Made by a program: the position numbers and the translations under genes. Of a stretch of DNA of 64,000 nucleotides, positions 10,557-21,134 are shown piece after piece. Each line of letters starts with the position of its first letter. Position 1 is the stretch's first letter. The notes under the pieces were generated by a model that worked only from the letters and a program-made list of their open reading frames with translations, ran no database searches and was not told the origin of the DNA. This stretch comes from an uncultured Actinomycetes bacterium (lineage in GTDB: Bacteria > Actinomycetota > Acidimicrobiia > IMCC26256 > PALSA-610). The DNA lies in the NCBI GenBank assembly GCA_963745645.1, contig CAVUYD010000004.1, forward strand, positions 767,031 to 831,030, given 5' to 3'.

Positions 10557-11770
10557 ATGGCTGCTGAGACCCAGGACGACGACTGGCCCCGCGCTCGACT
10601 GGTTCACGGCCCAGCCGTACGAGGCCTGGGCCGAGGTCCGGCGGTCGGAGTGCCCGGTGATCGCGACCGGCGGCGACGTGCATGGGCGCCGGGCACGGGC
10701 ACCTTCTACCAGGTCACCCGGTTCAAGGACGCCGACGCGGTGCTGCGCGACGACAAGACGTTCTCGTCGTCGATCAACGCCGAGCACATCGGCCAGTTCA
10801 TGGGCGAGCTCATCCTCGCGATGGACGGCGACGAGCACCGCAAGTACCGCAACCTCGTCGCCAAGGCGTTCCGCGCGTCGCAGCTCGAGCGGTGGGACGA
10901 CGACGCTCGTGCGCCCGATCGATCAACGCGCCTGCTCGACGCGATCGCGCCGCTCGGGCGCGCCGATCTCGTCGCGTCGCGTCACGTCGAAGTACCCGAT
11001 GCAGGTCATCTGCGGCATCGTCGGGCGTGCCGCTCGAGGACGCCGACGCAGTTCGCGCAGTGGGCCGAGGAGATCAACACCGGTCCGATGGCGCCCGAGC
11101 GCGGGCACGCGGCGTAGCGCGGCGATGGTCGAGTACCTGCGGCCGCTCGTCGAGGCGCGGCGCGCCGACCCGACCGGCGACTTCCTCTCCGATCTCGTGC
11201 ACGCCGAGGTCGACGGCGAGCAACTGACCGACGGCAAGATCTACGGCTTCTTGCGCCTGCTGCTGCCCGGCGGGCGGCGAGACGACGTTCCGCGTGATGG
11301 GCAACGCGCTGCTCGCGCTGCTCACGCATCCCGACGAGCTCGCGAAGGTCTACGCCGGATCGCGACGCTCATCCCCGAGGTCATCGAGGAGACGTTGCGC
11401 TGGGAGACGTCGGTGACGATGGTGAGCCGCGTCGCGACGACCGACACCGAGGTCGCCGGGCTGCCCGATCGCGGCCGGCTCACCGGTCGGCGTGCTCACC
11501 GGCTCCGTCGAACCGCGACGAGGACGCGCTGGGACGACGCCGACGAGTGGAAGCTCGGCCGGCCGGTGCAGCACCACCTCGCGTTCGGCACCGGCCCGCA
11601 CCAGTGCCTCGGCATGCACCTCGCGCGGCTGGAGCTGCGGGTCGGGCTCGACGCGATCCTCGACCGGCTCCCGAACCTGCGCCTCGATCCCGCCGGCGGC
11701 CGACGCCGCGGTGATCGAGGGCTACGCGTTCCGCGGGCCGCGTGCGCTGCCCGTGCTGTTCGACGCCTGA
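10557..11770 (+). pseudogene. cytochrome P450, many frame changes
   Basis: MAAETQDDDWP...FYQVTRFKDADAVLRDDKTFSSSINAEHIGQFMGELILAMDGDEHRKYRNLVAKAFRASQLERW (ORF 10533..11117); YLRPLVEARRADPTGDFLSDLVHAEVDGEQLTDGKIYGFLRLLL, EETLRWETSV and the heme loop FGTGPHQCLGMHLARLE (ORF 10657..12417); the end, IEGYAFRGPRALPVLFDA, is in ORF 11492..11770. Confidence 0.85.
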
Positions 11771-12123
11771 CGCAGGTCGATCGCGACCGGCAGCGCCTCG
11801 TCGCGCCAGGTCTCGAGGTCATCGGCGCGCCGGTACTTCTCGTAGACGAGTTGCCGCGCCGCGCCGTCCTCGGCCATCCCTTCGATGACGCGTCCGTAGC
11901 CGTTGAACGTGTCGGCGCCGATCTCCACGGTGCAGCTCGGGCTCGCGACGAGGTTGCGCACCCAGTCGCTGCGGTCGCGGCCGCCCGAGAGCAGGTAGAT
12001 CGTGTCCGCGTCGGGTGCGGCCGCGAACCAGATCTCGACCCGGTGGGGCGTGCCGCTCAGGCGTCCGGTCGTCGTCACGTAGCAGAAGGATTGCGCGGCG
12101 AGCGCCTCGTGCATCGGCGACAT
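11722..12123 (-). CDS. deazaflavin-dependent nitroreductase family protein (DUF385-like)
   Basis: ORF 11722..12165, with the likely start at ATG 12123: MSPMHEALAAQSFCYVTTTGRLSGTPHRVEIWFAAAPDADTIYLLSGGRDRSDWVRNLVASPSCTVEIG. The 3' 49 nt overlap the convergent P450 end, so the true stop may be obscured. Confidence 0.65.
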   Translation of the reverse strand: MSPMHEALAAQSFCYVTTTGRLSGTPHRVEIWFAAAPDADTIYLLSGGRDRSDWVRNLVASPSCTVEIGADTFNGYGRVIEGMAEDGAARQLVYEKYRRADDLETWRDEALPVAIDLRQASNSTGSARGPRNA

Positions 12124-12315
12124 CGTAGGGACCGAGTCGAGCGACTCGGTCACCGCGCACAACACGTGCGGGGCAGATCACTGCCGGTCTTCACGTGGTT
12201 GAAGGAATACCTTCGCTTCCCCGCGATATTCGTTCGACGAACGCTGCGCCATCTACGCGCCGCTGTTCCTGCGGCTGCTCGGCACCGCCGCCACCGGAGC
12301 GAAACTATGACGAGC

Positions 12316-13285
12316 TCAGCTCGCGCCCGTCGAGAACCGGCCCCGCAGGCCTCCCAACACGACAGCGAGGCAACCGATCGCCACGAGCAGGGCACCGAGC
12401 GACGCCAGGCCGCGTGACGCGACGCGACGCACCGGTGCGGGGCAACGTGGCGGCCGTCGTCTTGACTGTTGTCGTCGTGGTTGTGGTGGTGGGCGTTGTC
12501 GTCGCGAACGCGAGGGGCACCGATGCGACGCGATCCGCCACGAACGCGAGCCCCCACGACACGACCACCGAGCACTCGGCGTTCGCGGCGAGGCAGTTCA
12601 CGACGTCGCCGAGCGGCGAGCGGAACCCGGCGTGCACGCGTAGGGCGGTCGTGAGCGTGCCGTCGGCTTGCGGCCTCATCTGGATGGCATGGTCGAGGTC
12701 GCATGCCTTCGGTGCACCGCCTGTCTTGCACTGGATCACCCACCCGGCCTCTCGGTCGCTGAGGTGCGCGCCATGCACCGTGACGGTCTGCCCGTCGACG
12801 AGACCGGTCGCGGGCGTAACCGTCGCACTCACGGGTGAAAGCAACGGTGCGCTCGGGTCGAAGTGCAGCGTTGCGAACGCGCTGTTCGCATGTTCGAGCA
12901 TCAGGCCCACGCCGATGCGGCAGCCTGTGGCTGCGGTGCGGCAGTCGTAGCTGGTTGTTCCGTCGGGCCCGAGGTAGATCCGCGCATCGATCGCGAAGTC
13001 GAACCGCACGTGGCCGGTCCCGTCGCTGTCGAGCTCGAACGCGTTGCGCGGGTCGCAGCGATGCTCGTCAACGGAGTCGCCGGCACACTCGAAGATCTCG
13101 TAGTGCGTGTACGGGGCGAAGCCGGCACCATCGATGCGCACGATCTGCCCGTCGACGAGTCCGGTGGACGGCGTCGCGGTGATGCTGATCGGCGCCGGCG
13201 CGGCGATCGAGCTACGAGGCGCGAGGATGCCGAGCGCACCCATCACGCCGAGCACGACGAACCCGACGATCACACGACGCAACAT
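12316..13285 (-). pseudogene. LPXTG-anchored surface protein with two neocarzinostatin-like domains, one frame break in the anchor
   Basis: ORF 12305..13285 has a signal peptide (MLRRVIVGFVVLGVMGALGILAP) and two similar domains (ATPSTGLVDGQIVRIDGAGF... and VTPATGLVDGQTVTVHGAHL...), then a Thr-rich stalk TTTPTTTTTTTTVKTT and LPRTGAS. The hydrophobic anchor LASLGALLVAIGCLAVVLGGLRGRFSTGAS, with stop at 12318-12316, is in another frame (own translation). Confidence 0.7.
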
Positions 13286-13499
13286 CTCGGCTCCCTGGGC
13301 CGGAACTCGGTACCACCGAGTGTTGAACGACTAGGGCGCTGCTCGACAGGGGCGAAAGTCCTCGAACACGCCTGTGGACAGAGCTTCGGCCTTTGCCGGC
13401 GTGCCGTTCGGGGACGCTCGCGAACGCGAGCAAACGACATTCGACGACGACGACTTGCGCGTACATCTCTGCCGATCTCGCGCACGAGTAGCGAACAGG

Positions 13500-14472
13500 G
13501 TCCATGAGGCCCCGATATGCGGCGATAAATGGACCACGTTCGAGTGAAGGACGCTCGTCAGCCCATGTGGCGGCGGTCCCGCCGCCCGGACGCGCGACGC
13601 CGGCTTCGGTGCGCCACAAGGCGTCGCCTAGGACCGTGAGCACGTTCCACGCCATCACTCGGTCGACGGCGACGTGCCGTCCCGAGAGCTGTTCGTATGC
13701 CTTCGCGACGCCGAGCATCAGGTCCACGGACTGCGCGTTGCCGGGGAGGTACCGCAGATCGAAGTGCGGGTCAGCGATACCGCTCTCTTCGAAATCGACG
13801 ACAGTCAACAGCATGGACGATGCCTGGTCCCACACCTGGTTGTACCCGTGCAGATCACCGTGCACGAAGACCGTGGGGGACTCGACCGGCCCACGGCTCA
13901 AGACGTCATCGACCCAGTCACACCATCTGAGCAACTGACGCCCGTCGATGTTCGTCCACGAGGCGGGGGAAGTCGGCACGCAGGCGCGCGGTGTCTGCTT
14001 GCGGCGTCGGATGGACTACCGGCAGATCAGCGACCACGTCAGCGACCTCGACATCGTGTAGTCGAACGAGGAAGGCGGCGAGTTGCTGCGCGACCTGCTC
14101 GGTCGCAGCCACCGTCAGGCGGTTGGCCCATTCCCAGCTGAGCGGTGCTCCCGCGATCAGGCGGGTCACCACGAGCGCGGGGACTTTCGTGAGCGCCACC
14201 AACTCGGGGATAGGGAGCGCGGCGCCTAGCGTCCTCAGCCGTGCCAACACCACGCCCTCATGCCATAGGCGCACCGCCCGAACCTCCGACCATGCGTACT
14301 TCACGACGAATCGTTCGTCGACCACCGCGCTGGTCGACCAGTACAGCGGGTTCGACTGTGCGGGCCGCGGGTTGATCCGCAAAGGCAACGGAGCGAGTTC
14401 AGGGACGCCGACCGCCAATGCCGACCGTAGTGACTCTTCGCTCGCGTCCCGAAGCCAGCCGACTGATGACAC
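13500..14472 (-). pseudogene. phosphotransferase (APH/choline-kinase fold) family protein, frame break near 13950, 3' end uncertain
   Basis: ORF 13918..14472 is the N-lobe. ORF 13212..13979 carries TVFVHGDLHGYNQVW and VVDFEESGIADPHFDLRYL (HGDxxxxN and DFE motifs). No stop is seen where the family normally ends (about 13500). This stretch has visibly lower GC. Confidence 0.65.
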
Positions 14473-14542
14473 GCGTCAGTCTCGTGCCGGGTCAGAGCCG
14501 AGCACCGAACCGAGAACCGACCGCTGCCGACATCTGAACCGA

Positions 14543-15487
14543 TCATGTGGTTGGCGTCGTCCACTGCACGGCCACTTCGAGGAGACGCGCGCCGGCCGGG
14601 TCGTGCAACGACAGCATGAAGAGGCCGGTCGAGACGCGTTCGAGGAAGGCCCACTCCCAGATCGCCCGCGGGTCGACGTCGGCACGTGCACCGAGGCGCT
14701 TGCACCACGCGAGTCCGAGCCCGATGGGATCACCCGCGAGCAGTTCCGCGGTCCAGTCGCGCAGAGGAATCGCGAGGTCGTGCGCGGGCTCGGATCGCAT
14801 CCCGTCGGGATCGATGAGCTTGAACCGGCCCGGTTCGCTCGGGTCTTCGAGGACGTTGGCGGGATGCGCGTCGCCGTGGATGAGCACCGCGGTCGACGCG
14901 TCGAACGCGTCGCGTCGCAATGCTGCATACTCCTGCGCGCGCGTAATGATCGGCTCGGGGCACGGCCGGTCGAGGTCTTCCCAGCGCGCCCGCACGTACT
15001 CACGCAGCCACGCGGCCTGCTCCGCGCCGGTGCGCAACGGTTCGGCGGCCGGCACCGTTTGCCAGGCGCGTTGCAAGGTCGCCGCGATGATGTCGATCTG
15101 TTCCTCGACGGGGAGATCGAGCGCGGTGAGCGGTCGCCCGAGCCGCTCCTGCAGCATCGCTCGCCGCGGCGTATCGGTGCGCAGGACGCGCACGTAGCTA
15201 CGGCCCGCGCCGAGCCGCAGCGTCTGCACGTCGCTCGCGAACGGGCTCTGGCCTGGGAGGCCGTCGGGGATCGCGACTTTCAGGATCGCAGCAGTGCCGT
15301 CGGCCGCGACGGCCTCCGCGACGTAGCCGCCGCTGCCGCCAGTGCGGGGCTCGCCCACCTGGATGCCCCACTTGTGTTCCAGGGCGGCGACGGTTGCCGG
15401 GAGCTCGGCCAGCCAGCGCTCGCCCTCGGACCCCACGGCCACGGCCTTGCGCCGCACCGCGTCGGGCACCCGGACGGGCGCGGTCAC
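14543..15487 (-). CDS. aminoglycoside/streptomycin-6-kinase-like phosphotransferase (APH(6) family)
   Basis: Lower 315 codons of ORF 14543..15949 from GTG 15487: VTAPVRVPDAVRRKAVAVGSEGERWLAELPATVAALEHKWG...AVLIHGDAHPANVL...FKLIDPDG. The start overlaps the upstream stop (GTGA at 15484-15487). The frame is intact. Confidence 0.75.
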   Translation of the reverse strand: MTAPVRVPDAVRRKAVAVGSEGERWLAELPATVAALEHKWGIQVGEPRTGGSGGYVAEAVAADGTAAILKVAIPDGLPGQSPFASDVQTLRLGAGRSYVRVLRTDTPRRAMLQERLGRPLTALDLPVEEQIDIIAATLQRAWQTVPAAEPLRTGAEQAAWLREYVRARWEDLDRPCPEPIITRAQEYAALRRDAFDASTAVLIHGDAHPANVLEDPSEPGRFKLIDPDGMRSEPAHDLAIPLRDWTAELLAGDPIGLGLAWCKRLGARADVDPRAIWEWAFLERVSTGLFMLSLHDPAGARLLEVAVQWTTPTT

Positions 15488-16428
15488 CGCGTGTCGTCGG
15501 ACGCGGCCGGGTCGATGCCGGAGTCGAGTCGCCCGAGGTGCGTCCACGCGGCGAGCGCCGGCGGCGCGAGCGCGGCCACCCTTGCGTCGTACTCCTCGAT
15601 GTCGCCGGGTTCGAGCCACGCGCGCCACTCCCCGAAGCCGCCCGCCCGGAAGAACGCACGCGGGTTCTTCCAATTGCCCTGCGACGCCGCCGGTGCGATG
15701 TCCTCGGCGTGTTCGCGCATCTGATCGATGCCGGCCTCGGGCGCGAGGGCCGCGGCGCGTGCCGGGGTGAGCGGGATGTCGAGCGCGGCCGCGAGGCGCC
15801 GCAGCTCGGCGATCGGATCCGTGGTGAAGTCGGCGTAGTGGCACAGCACGATGTTGGGATCGGCCCGGCGCCGCCACGCGGTGTCGAGGTGGTGCAGCGT
15901 GCCCGCGAGGGTCGGCACACCCGCGAGTGCGTCGTCGCGCACGAACCAACGGAACCAGTCGACCGGTTGCGCGAACGCGGGCGGTCGCGGTGGCAGCTCG
16001 TCGAGATCGTCGTTGCCGATCGCATCGGCGCGCAGTTCGACGAAGTGCTCGTAGTCCATGTTCTGCGCGTGGTGCTCGAACGAGACCGCGACATCGCGTG
16101 GATCGCGGCCGGTGACGACGTACGTGACGTCGTCGCGGACCTCGAGTCCGTCGAGCGGCGTGTGCGTCTTGATGAAGCGGCGATGCGTCTGGGCCGCGAG
16201 CTGGGACCTGACCTCATCGAGCGGACGGTTGCACATGTCGAGCCAGGGTGAGATCTGCTCGAGTGGGCCCGGAAAGGAGGGTCCGTCGAAGATGAGCAGT
16301 GCGCAGAACATCTGCGTCCACGTCGTCCCGCATTTCTTCGGCGTGCTGATGACGATGTCGCCCGGTCGGAACGCGAAGTCGTCCCAGCGCGCGCTGTCGT
16401 CGACGAGCGAGCGGTACCGCATCGCCAC
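15484..16428 (-). CDS. PAPS-dependent sulfotransferase
   Basis: Intact ORF of 314 aa with the 5'-PSB motif ISTPKKCGTTW and the 3'-PB motif TGRDPRDVAVS. Confidence 0.85.
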   Translation of the reverse strand: MAMRYRSLVDDSARWDDFAFRPGDIVISTPKKCGTTWTQMFCALLIFDGPSFPGPLEQISPWLDMCNRPLDEVRSQLAAQTHRRFIKTHTPLDGLEVRDDVTYVVTGRDPRDVAVSFEHHAQNMDYEHFVELRADAIGNDDLDELPPRPPAFAQPVDWFRWFVRDDALAGVPTLAGTLHHLDTAWRRRADPNIVLCHYADFTTDPIAELRRLAAALDIPLTPARAAALAPEAGIDQMREHAEDIAPAASQGNWKNPRAFFRAGGFGEWRAWLEPGDIEEYDARVAALAPPALAAWTHLGRLDSGIDPAASDDTR

Positions 16429-16432
16429 GCGG

Positions 16433-17182
16433 CTAGAAGCCCTCGTTGCCGAACATCATCATCCACTGGTCCTTGGTGCGGGGGCGGAAGACGTAGTTGC
16501 GCTGGCGGACTTCGCCCAGCGCCGCCGATGGTTCGGCGGAGTACATGTGGCCGGGGAAGAGCAGGGTGTCGTCGGGGATCTGCGCGAGCTTCTGCGTGAG
16601 GCTCTCGTACAGCGCTTCGGGATCACCGCCGGGAAGGTCGGTGCGACCACAGCCGTCGAGGAACAGCGTGTCGCCGGACACGAGCATGCCGTCGCGCCCG
16701 GGTCCGTGTGTCCCGTGGACGTAGAAGCACTGCGAGCCGGGTGTGTGACCGGGCGTGTGCACGAGGGTGATCCGCAGGTTGCCGACCTCGAGCACATCTC
16801 CCGATGCGTGCACGACGAGATCCGAGTCCGCGCAGCCGGTGACGCGCTTCACGCCGAAGGCCTCCGGCGCCTGGACGTGCACCTTCGCCGCGACGTCGTC
16901 GCGTCCGAGCAAGGCGGCGATGCCCTCGATCGAGAAGCCCATCATGTTCCCGCCGACGTGGTCCGGGTGGTAGTGCGTCGCGAGCACGCCGGTCAGGCGC
17001 ATACCGTCGGCGCCGAGCAGCTCGATCAGCTCGTCGACGCCGTACGCCGGGTCGATCGCGACCGCTTCACCTGTCGCCCGGTCCCCGAGCAGGTACACGA
17101 AGTTGACCATCTGGCGGGCGATGGGGTCGCTGGTCGCGAAGTCGCGGCCCGCGAGCAGCTGCCGGAAGTAGAGGTCGGGCAT
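16433..17182 (-). CDS. MBL-fold metallo-hydrolase (glyoxalase II-like)
   Basis: Intact ORF of 249 aa with THYHPDHVGG, HTPGHTPGS and GDTLFLDGCGRTD. It ends 4 nt before the sulfotransferase start. Confidence 0.85.
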   Translation of the reverse strand: MPDLYFRQLLAGRDFATSDPIARQMVNFVYLLGDRATGEAVAIDPAYGVDELIELLGADGMRLTGVLATHYHPDHVGGNMMGFSIEGIAALLGRDDVAAKVHVQAPEAFGVKRVTGCADSDLVVHASGDVLEVGNLRITLVHTPGHTPGSQCFYVHGTHGPGRDGMLVSGDTLFLDGCGRTDLPGGDPEALYESLTQKLAQIPDDTLLFPGHMYSAEPSAALGEVRQRNYVFRPRTKDQWMMMFGNEGF

Positions 17183-17199
17183 GACGCGCAGCGTAGGAC

Positions 17200-18018
17200 G
17201 TGCTGCACTTGAGGGTCGTGAGCGCGCCGGTGGCCGATCTCGAACTGGTGCGGCAATCGAGCCGCCGCGTGCTGCGCGCGGCCGATGCGTTGACCGAGGG
17301 CGAGGTCGCGGCGCCGTGCGCGTTGCCCGGTTGGTCGCGCGCCGAGCTCCTCACCCACCTCGCTCGCAACGCCGACGGGTTCCGGCGCATCGCGCAGGGC
17401 GCGGCAGCCGGCGAGGTCGCGGTGATGTATCCGGGCGGCGCGCCCGAGCGGGCGGCCGACATCGCGGCCGGGCGCGGCCGGCCCGGAAGTGCCGTGCTAC
17501 GGGATCTGCGGCGTGCCGTCGATGCGCTCGCGGAGGTGTGGCAGCGCTTGTCGGACCCTGAATGGGAAGCCATGGGGAGGATGGCGACGGGCGAGTACGC
17601 GGTGCGCGACACGGTGTCGATCCGGCTGCAGGAGCTCGAGGTGCACCACGTGGACCTCGATGTCGGCTACCTGCCGACCGACTGGCCGGTGGCGTTCGTC
17701 GGACGGGCTCTGGACCGCGCGCTGCGCACCCTTCCGGATCGCGCGTCGGTGGGCCGGCCGGAGCTGGATGCTCGCTACCGGGTCGAAGCGACGGATCACG
17801 GCCGCGCGTGGACCGTCATCCTGCACGGCGCGCGCGTCGCGGTCGCGCGCGACACCGACGACGACACGCACCACGGTGACCCGGACGCGGTCGTCAGCGG
17901 CTGGGGTTGCGACCTGCTCGCGTGGTTGCTCGGTCGGAACACGGGTGCAGACACCGTGACGGCGTCGGGGAACGACGTGTCCGCGCTGCGGCTGTCCACC
18001 TGGTTCCCGTACTCGTAG
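17200..18018 (+). CDS. maleylpyruvate isomerase family mycothiol-dependent enzyme (DinB/MDMPI)
   Basis: Intact ORF of 272 aa: ALPGWSRAELLTHLARNADGFRR...RLQELEVHHVDLDVGY. The start could be an internal GTG. Confidence 0.75.
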   Translation: MLHLRVVSAPVADLELVRQSSRRVLRAADALTEGEVAAPCALPGWSRAELLTHLARNADGFRRIAQGAAAGEVAVMYPGGAPERAADIAAGRGRPGSAVLRDLRRAVDALAEVWQRLSDPEWEAMGRMATGEYAVRDTVSIRLQELEVHHVDLDVGYLPTDWPVAFVGRALDRALRTLPDRASVGRPELDARYRVEATDHGRAWTVILHGARVAVARDTDDDTHHGDPDAVVSGWGCDLLAWLLGRNTGADTVTASGNDVSALRLSTWFPYS

Positions 18019-18027
18019 GCTTCGGCG

Positions 18028-20292
18028 ATGCCGAGCATCGCGTACCGGACCTGCCATCTCTGCGAGGCGACGTGCGGGCTCGAGCTGCACCTCGACGGAC
18101 GGCGAGATCACGCTCGTGCGCGGCGACCGCGACGACGTGTTCAGCCACGGCTACCTCTGCCCGAAGGGCACCGCGCTCAAGCAGCTCGAAGCCGATCCCG
18201 ACCGCATCCGCCGGCCGCTGGTCCGCCGGCGGCGACACGTTCCACGAGGTGACGTGGGACGAGGCGTTCGCGGCGATCGACGCCGGGCTCAGCGCCGATC
18301 CGCGAGCAGCACGGCCGCGACGCGCTCGCGGTCTACCTCGGCAACCCGAACGCGCACAACCTCGCGGGCCTCGTCTACAACCGGGTGCTGCTGCAGGCGC
18401 GCGCGCACGACGAACGTCTACTCCGCGAGCACGGTCGACCAGATGCCGAAGCAGGTGTCGGCCGGCCTGATGTTCGGCGGCGCGCTCACGATCCCGGTCC
18501 CCGACGTCGACCGCACCGACTACCTCCTGATGCTCGGCGCGAACCCGTTCGCGTCGAACGGGTCGCTGATGACCGCGCCCGACATGCCCGGGCCGGCTGC
18601 GGGCGCTGCGGGCGCGCGGCGGCAAGCTCGTCGTCGTCGACCCGCGCCGCACGAAGACCGCGGAGGAAGCCGACGAGCACCTCCCGATCCGGCCGGCCAC
18701 CGACGCGCTCTTCCTCTTCGCGCTCGTGCACGTGCTCGTTCGCCGAGGACCTCGTCGACCTCGGCGACGTCGGCCGACCACGTCGACGGGCTCGACGACG
18801 TCGCGCCGACTCGCGCAGCGACGTTCACGCCCGAGGCCGTCGCGCCGGCGTGCGGCATCGACGCGGACGACGATCCGCCGCATCGCGCGCGAGCTCGCGG
18901 CCGCGCCGACCGCCGCCGTCTACGGCCGCATCGGCACGTGCACGCAGGAGTTCGGCACGCTCGCGTCGTGGCTCGTCGACGTGCTCAACGTGCTGCACCG
19001 GCAACCTCGACCGGCCCGGCGGCGCGATGTTCACCCAGCCGGCGACCGGCGACGGCAACGCCGGCGGCACGCCGGGCAAGGGGCGGGGCGTCACGCTTCG
19101 GCCGCCGCACGTCGCGCGTGCGCGGGCTGCCCGAGTTCTTCGGCGAGCTCCCGGTCGTGTGCCTCGCCGAGGAGATCGAGACGCCGGGCGACGGCCAGAT
19201 CCGCGCGCTCGTCACGCATCGCCGGCAACCCCGCGGTGTCGACGCCGAACTCCGACCGGCTCGACCGCGCGCTCGCCGACGCTCGACTTCATGGTGAGCG
19301 TCGACATCTACCTCAACGAGACGACGCGCCACGCCGAACGTGATCCTGCCGCCGGAGCCCGGAGCTCGCCCGCGGCCACTACGACGTCGCGCTGTACAAC
19401 CTCGCGATCCGCAACGTCGCGAACTACTCGCCGCCGCTCGTCGAGCTCGAGCCGGGCGAGGTCCCGGAGTGGCGCATCGATGCTGCGGCTCGCGGGCGTG
19501 ATCGGCGGGCCAGGGCGCGCACGCCGACGTCGACGCGCTCGACGACTTCGTGCGTCGCCGGGCTCGTGCAGAAGGCGGTCGGCGCGCGCGGGCTCGAACG
19601 TCGAAGGCCGCGACGCCGACGAGCTGATGAAGGCGCTCGCGACGCGGCGCGGTCCCGAGCGCATCCTCGACCTCATGCTGCGCACCGGTCCGTACGGCGA
19701 CGGCTTCGGCGCCGATCCCGACGGTCTGTCGCTCGCGCAGCTCGAGGCGAACCCGCACGGCATCGACCTCGGCCCGCTGCAGCCGCGCCTCCCCGAGGTG
19801 CTGCGCACGCCGACGCGGCAAGATCGAGCTCGCGCCCGACGCGTGTCGTCGCCGACGTCGAGCGCCTGCGGGCCGTGCTCGACCGGCCGCCGCGCGCGAC
19901 GGCGGCCCGCTCGTGCTCGTCGGCCGGCGCGACCTGCGCTCGAACAACTCGTGGATGCACAACCTCCAGGTGCTGGTGAAGGGCAAGCCGCGCTGCACGC
20001 TGCACGTCCATCCCGACGACGCGGCGCGGCTCGGCGTCGGCGACGGTGCCGACGTGCGCGTGCGCTCGCCGTCGGGCGAGATCGTGCTGCCGGCCGAGGT
20101 CACCGACGCGGTGCATGCCCGGCGTCGTGAGCATCCCGCACGGCTGGGGCCACGACGTGCCGGCTCCCGGATGCAGGTCGCCACCGCGCACGCGGGCGCG
20201 AACACCAACATCCTCGCGACGGCACCGCGTTCGACCCGCTCTCGGGCAACGCGGTGCTCAACGGGATCCCGGTCGAGCTCGCACCCGCCTGA
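18028..20292 (+). pseudogene. molybdopterin (bis-MGD) oxidoreductase, many frame changes
   Basis: MPSIAYRTCHLCEATCGLELHLDG (4Fe-4S Cys motif); VRGDRDDVFSHGYLCPKGTALKQLEADPDRIRRPL; YSASTVDQMPKQVSAGLMFGG; MVSVDIYLNETTRHA; RSNNSWMHNLQVLVKGKPRCTLHVHPDDAARLGVGDGADVRVRS; the end is VLNGIPVELAPA with stop at 20290-20292. The pieces are spread over ORFs 18028, 18116, 18385, 18726, 19913 and 20046. Confidence 0.85.
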
Positions 20293-20305
20293 CCGGAGCC
20301 GCCTC

Positions 20306-21134
20306 CTAGGTCGAGGCGTCCCGCGCCTGGTCGCGCCGCGCCTTCGCGAAGTCGGCCATGCCGCGGAGGTACTGGTCGCAGTGCTGCGTCTTGCCGACCG
20401 CGATCTGCCTTGGCGTCGATGCCGCCGGGGAACACCGGCGGGATGTAGTACTCGAAGCCGTCGTCCTCGATCGCGTCGGCGATGCCGGCCGCGCACTCCG
20501 CCGCGCGGCACCTTGTCGACGTCCATGAGCGCGGGCACGTTGTCGGGCTGGTCCCAGATCTCGGTGGCGATCGGCCCGGGCAGCACGAGCTTCACCTCGA
20601 CGCGGCGTGCCCGCGAGGTCGAGGAGCATCGCCTCCGCGAAGCCGCACATCGCGTACTTCGCCGCGTTGTACGCGGACTCGTTCACGATCGGGATGCGGC
20701 CGCCCATGCTCGACACGAACACGATCTGCCCGCGCCCGCGCTCGATCATGCGCGGGAGCACCGCGAGGCCCATGCGGACGGGGGAGTGGAAGTCGACGTC
20801 CATCACGTGCTGCGACGTCGTGCGGGCGTGAGATCGGTGACGCGCGTGCGCTTCGGGATCGCGGCGTTGTTGACGAGCACGTCGAGCCCGCCGAACGCGT
20901 CCCACGCCTCGAGCGCGACCTGCTCGGCGCGCGTCGAGGTCGCCGAGGTCGGCGGCCCACAGCCGCGAGTCCGGGCGTGAACTCGCGGCACCGCTCGAGC
21001 ACCTCGTCGAGCCGATCGGCGCGGCGGGCGACGATGCCGACGGTCGCGCCCCGCTCGGCGAGGATCGGCGCCAGCGCGGCGCCGATGCCCGACGACGCGC
21101 CGGTGACGAGGATGTTCGCGCCTTCGATCTTCAT
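20306..21134 (-). pseudogene. short-chain dehydrogenase/reductase (SDR), several frame changes
   Basis: MKIEGANILVTGASSGIGAALA (ORF 20592..21260, ATG 21134 preceded by ggaggag); GGLDVLVNNAAIPKR (ORF 20803..22773 tail); IVFVSSMGGRIPIVNESAYNAAKYAMCGFAE (ORF 20306..20905); KLVLPGPIATEIW (ORF 18985..20595 start). Confidence 0.8.

Noticed and set aside
13416-13431. Hairpin gctcgcg-aa-cgcgagc as a terminator for the APH-fold gene. A similar weak stem is at 44055-44070.
   Set aside because: The 2-nt loop is sterically unlikely. There is no U-tract, and the true gene end is uncertain.
18028-20292. Possible selenocysteine (in-frame TGA) in the molybdopterin oxidoreductase.
   Set aside because: Every interruption I could trace is a frame jump rather than an isolated in-frame TGA at the catalytic position. 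I noticed no SECIS-like hairpin.
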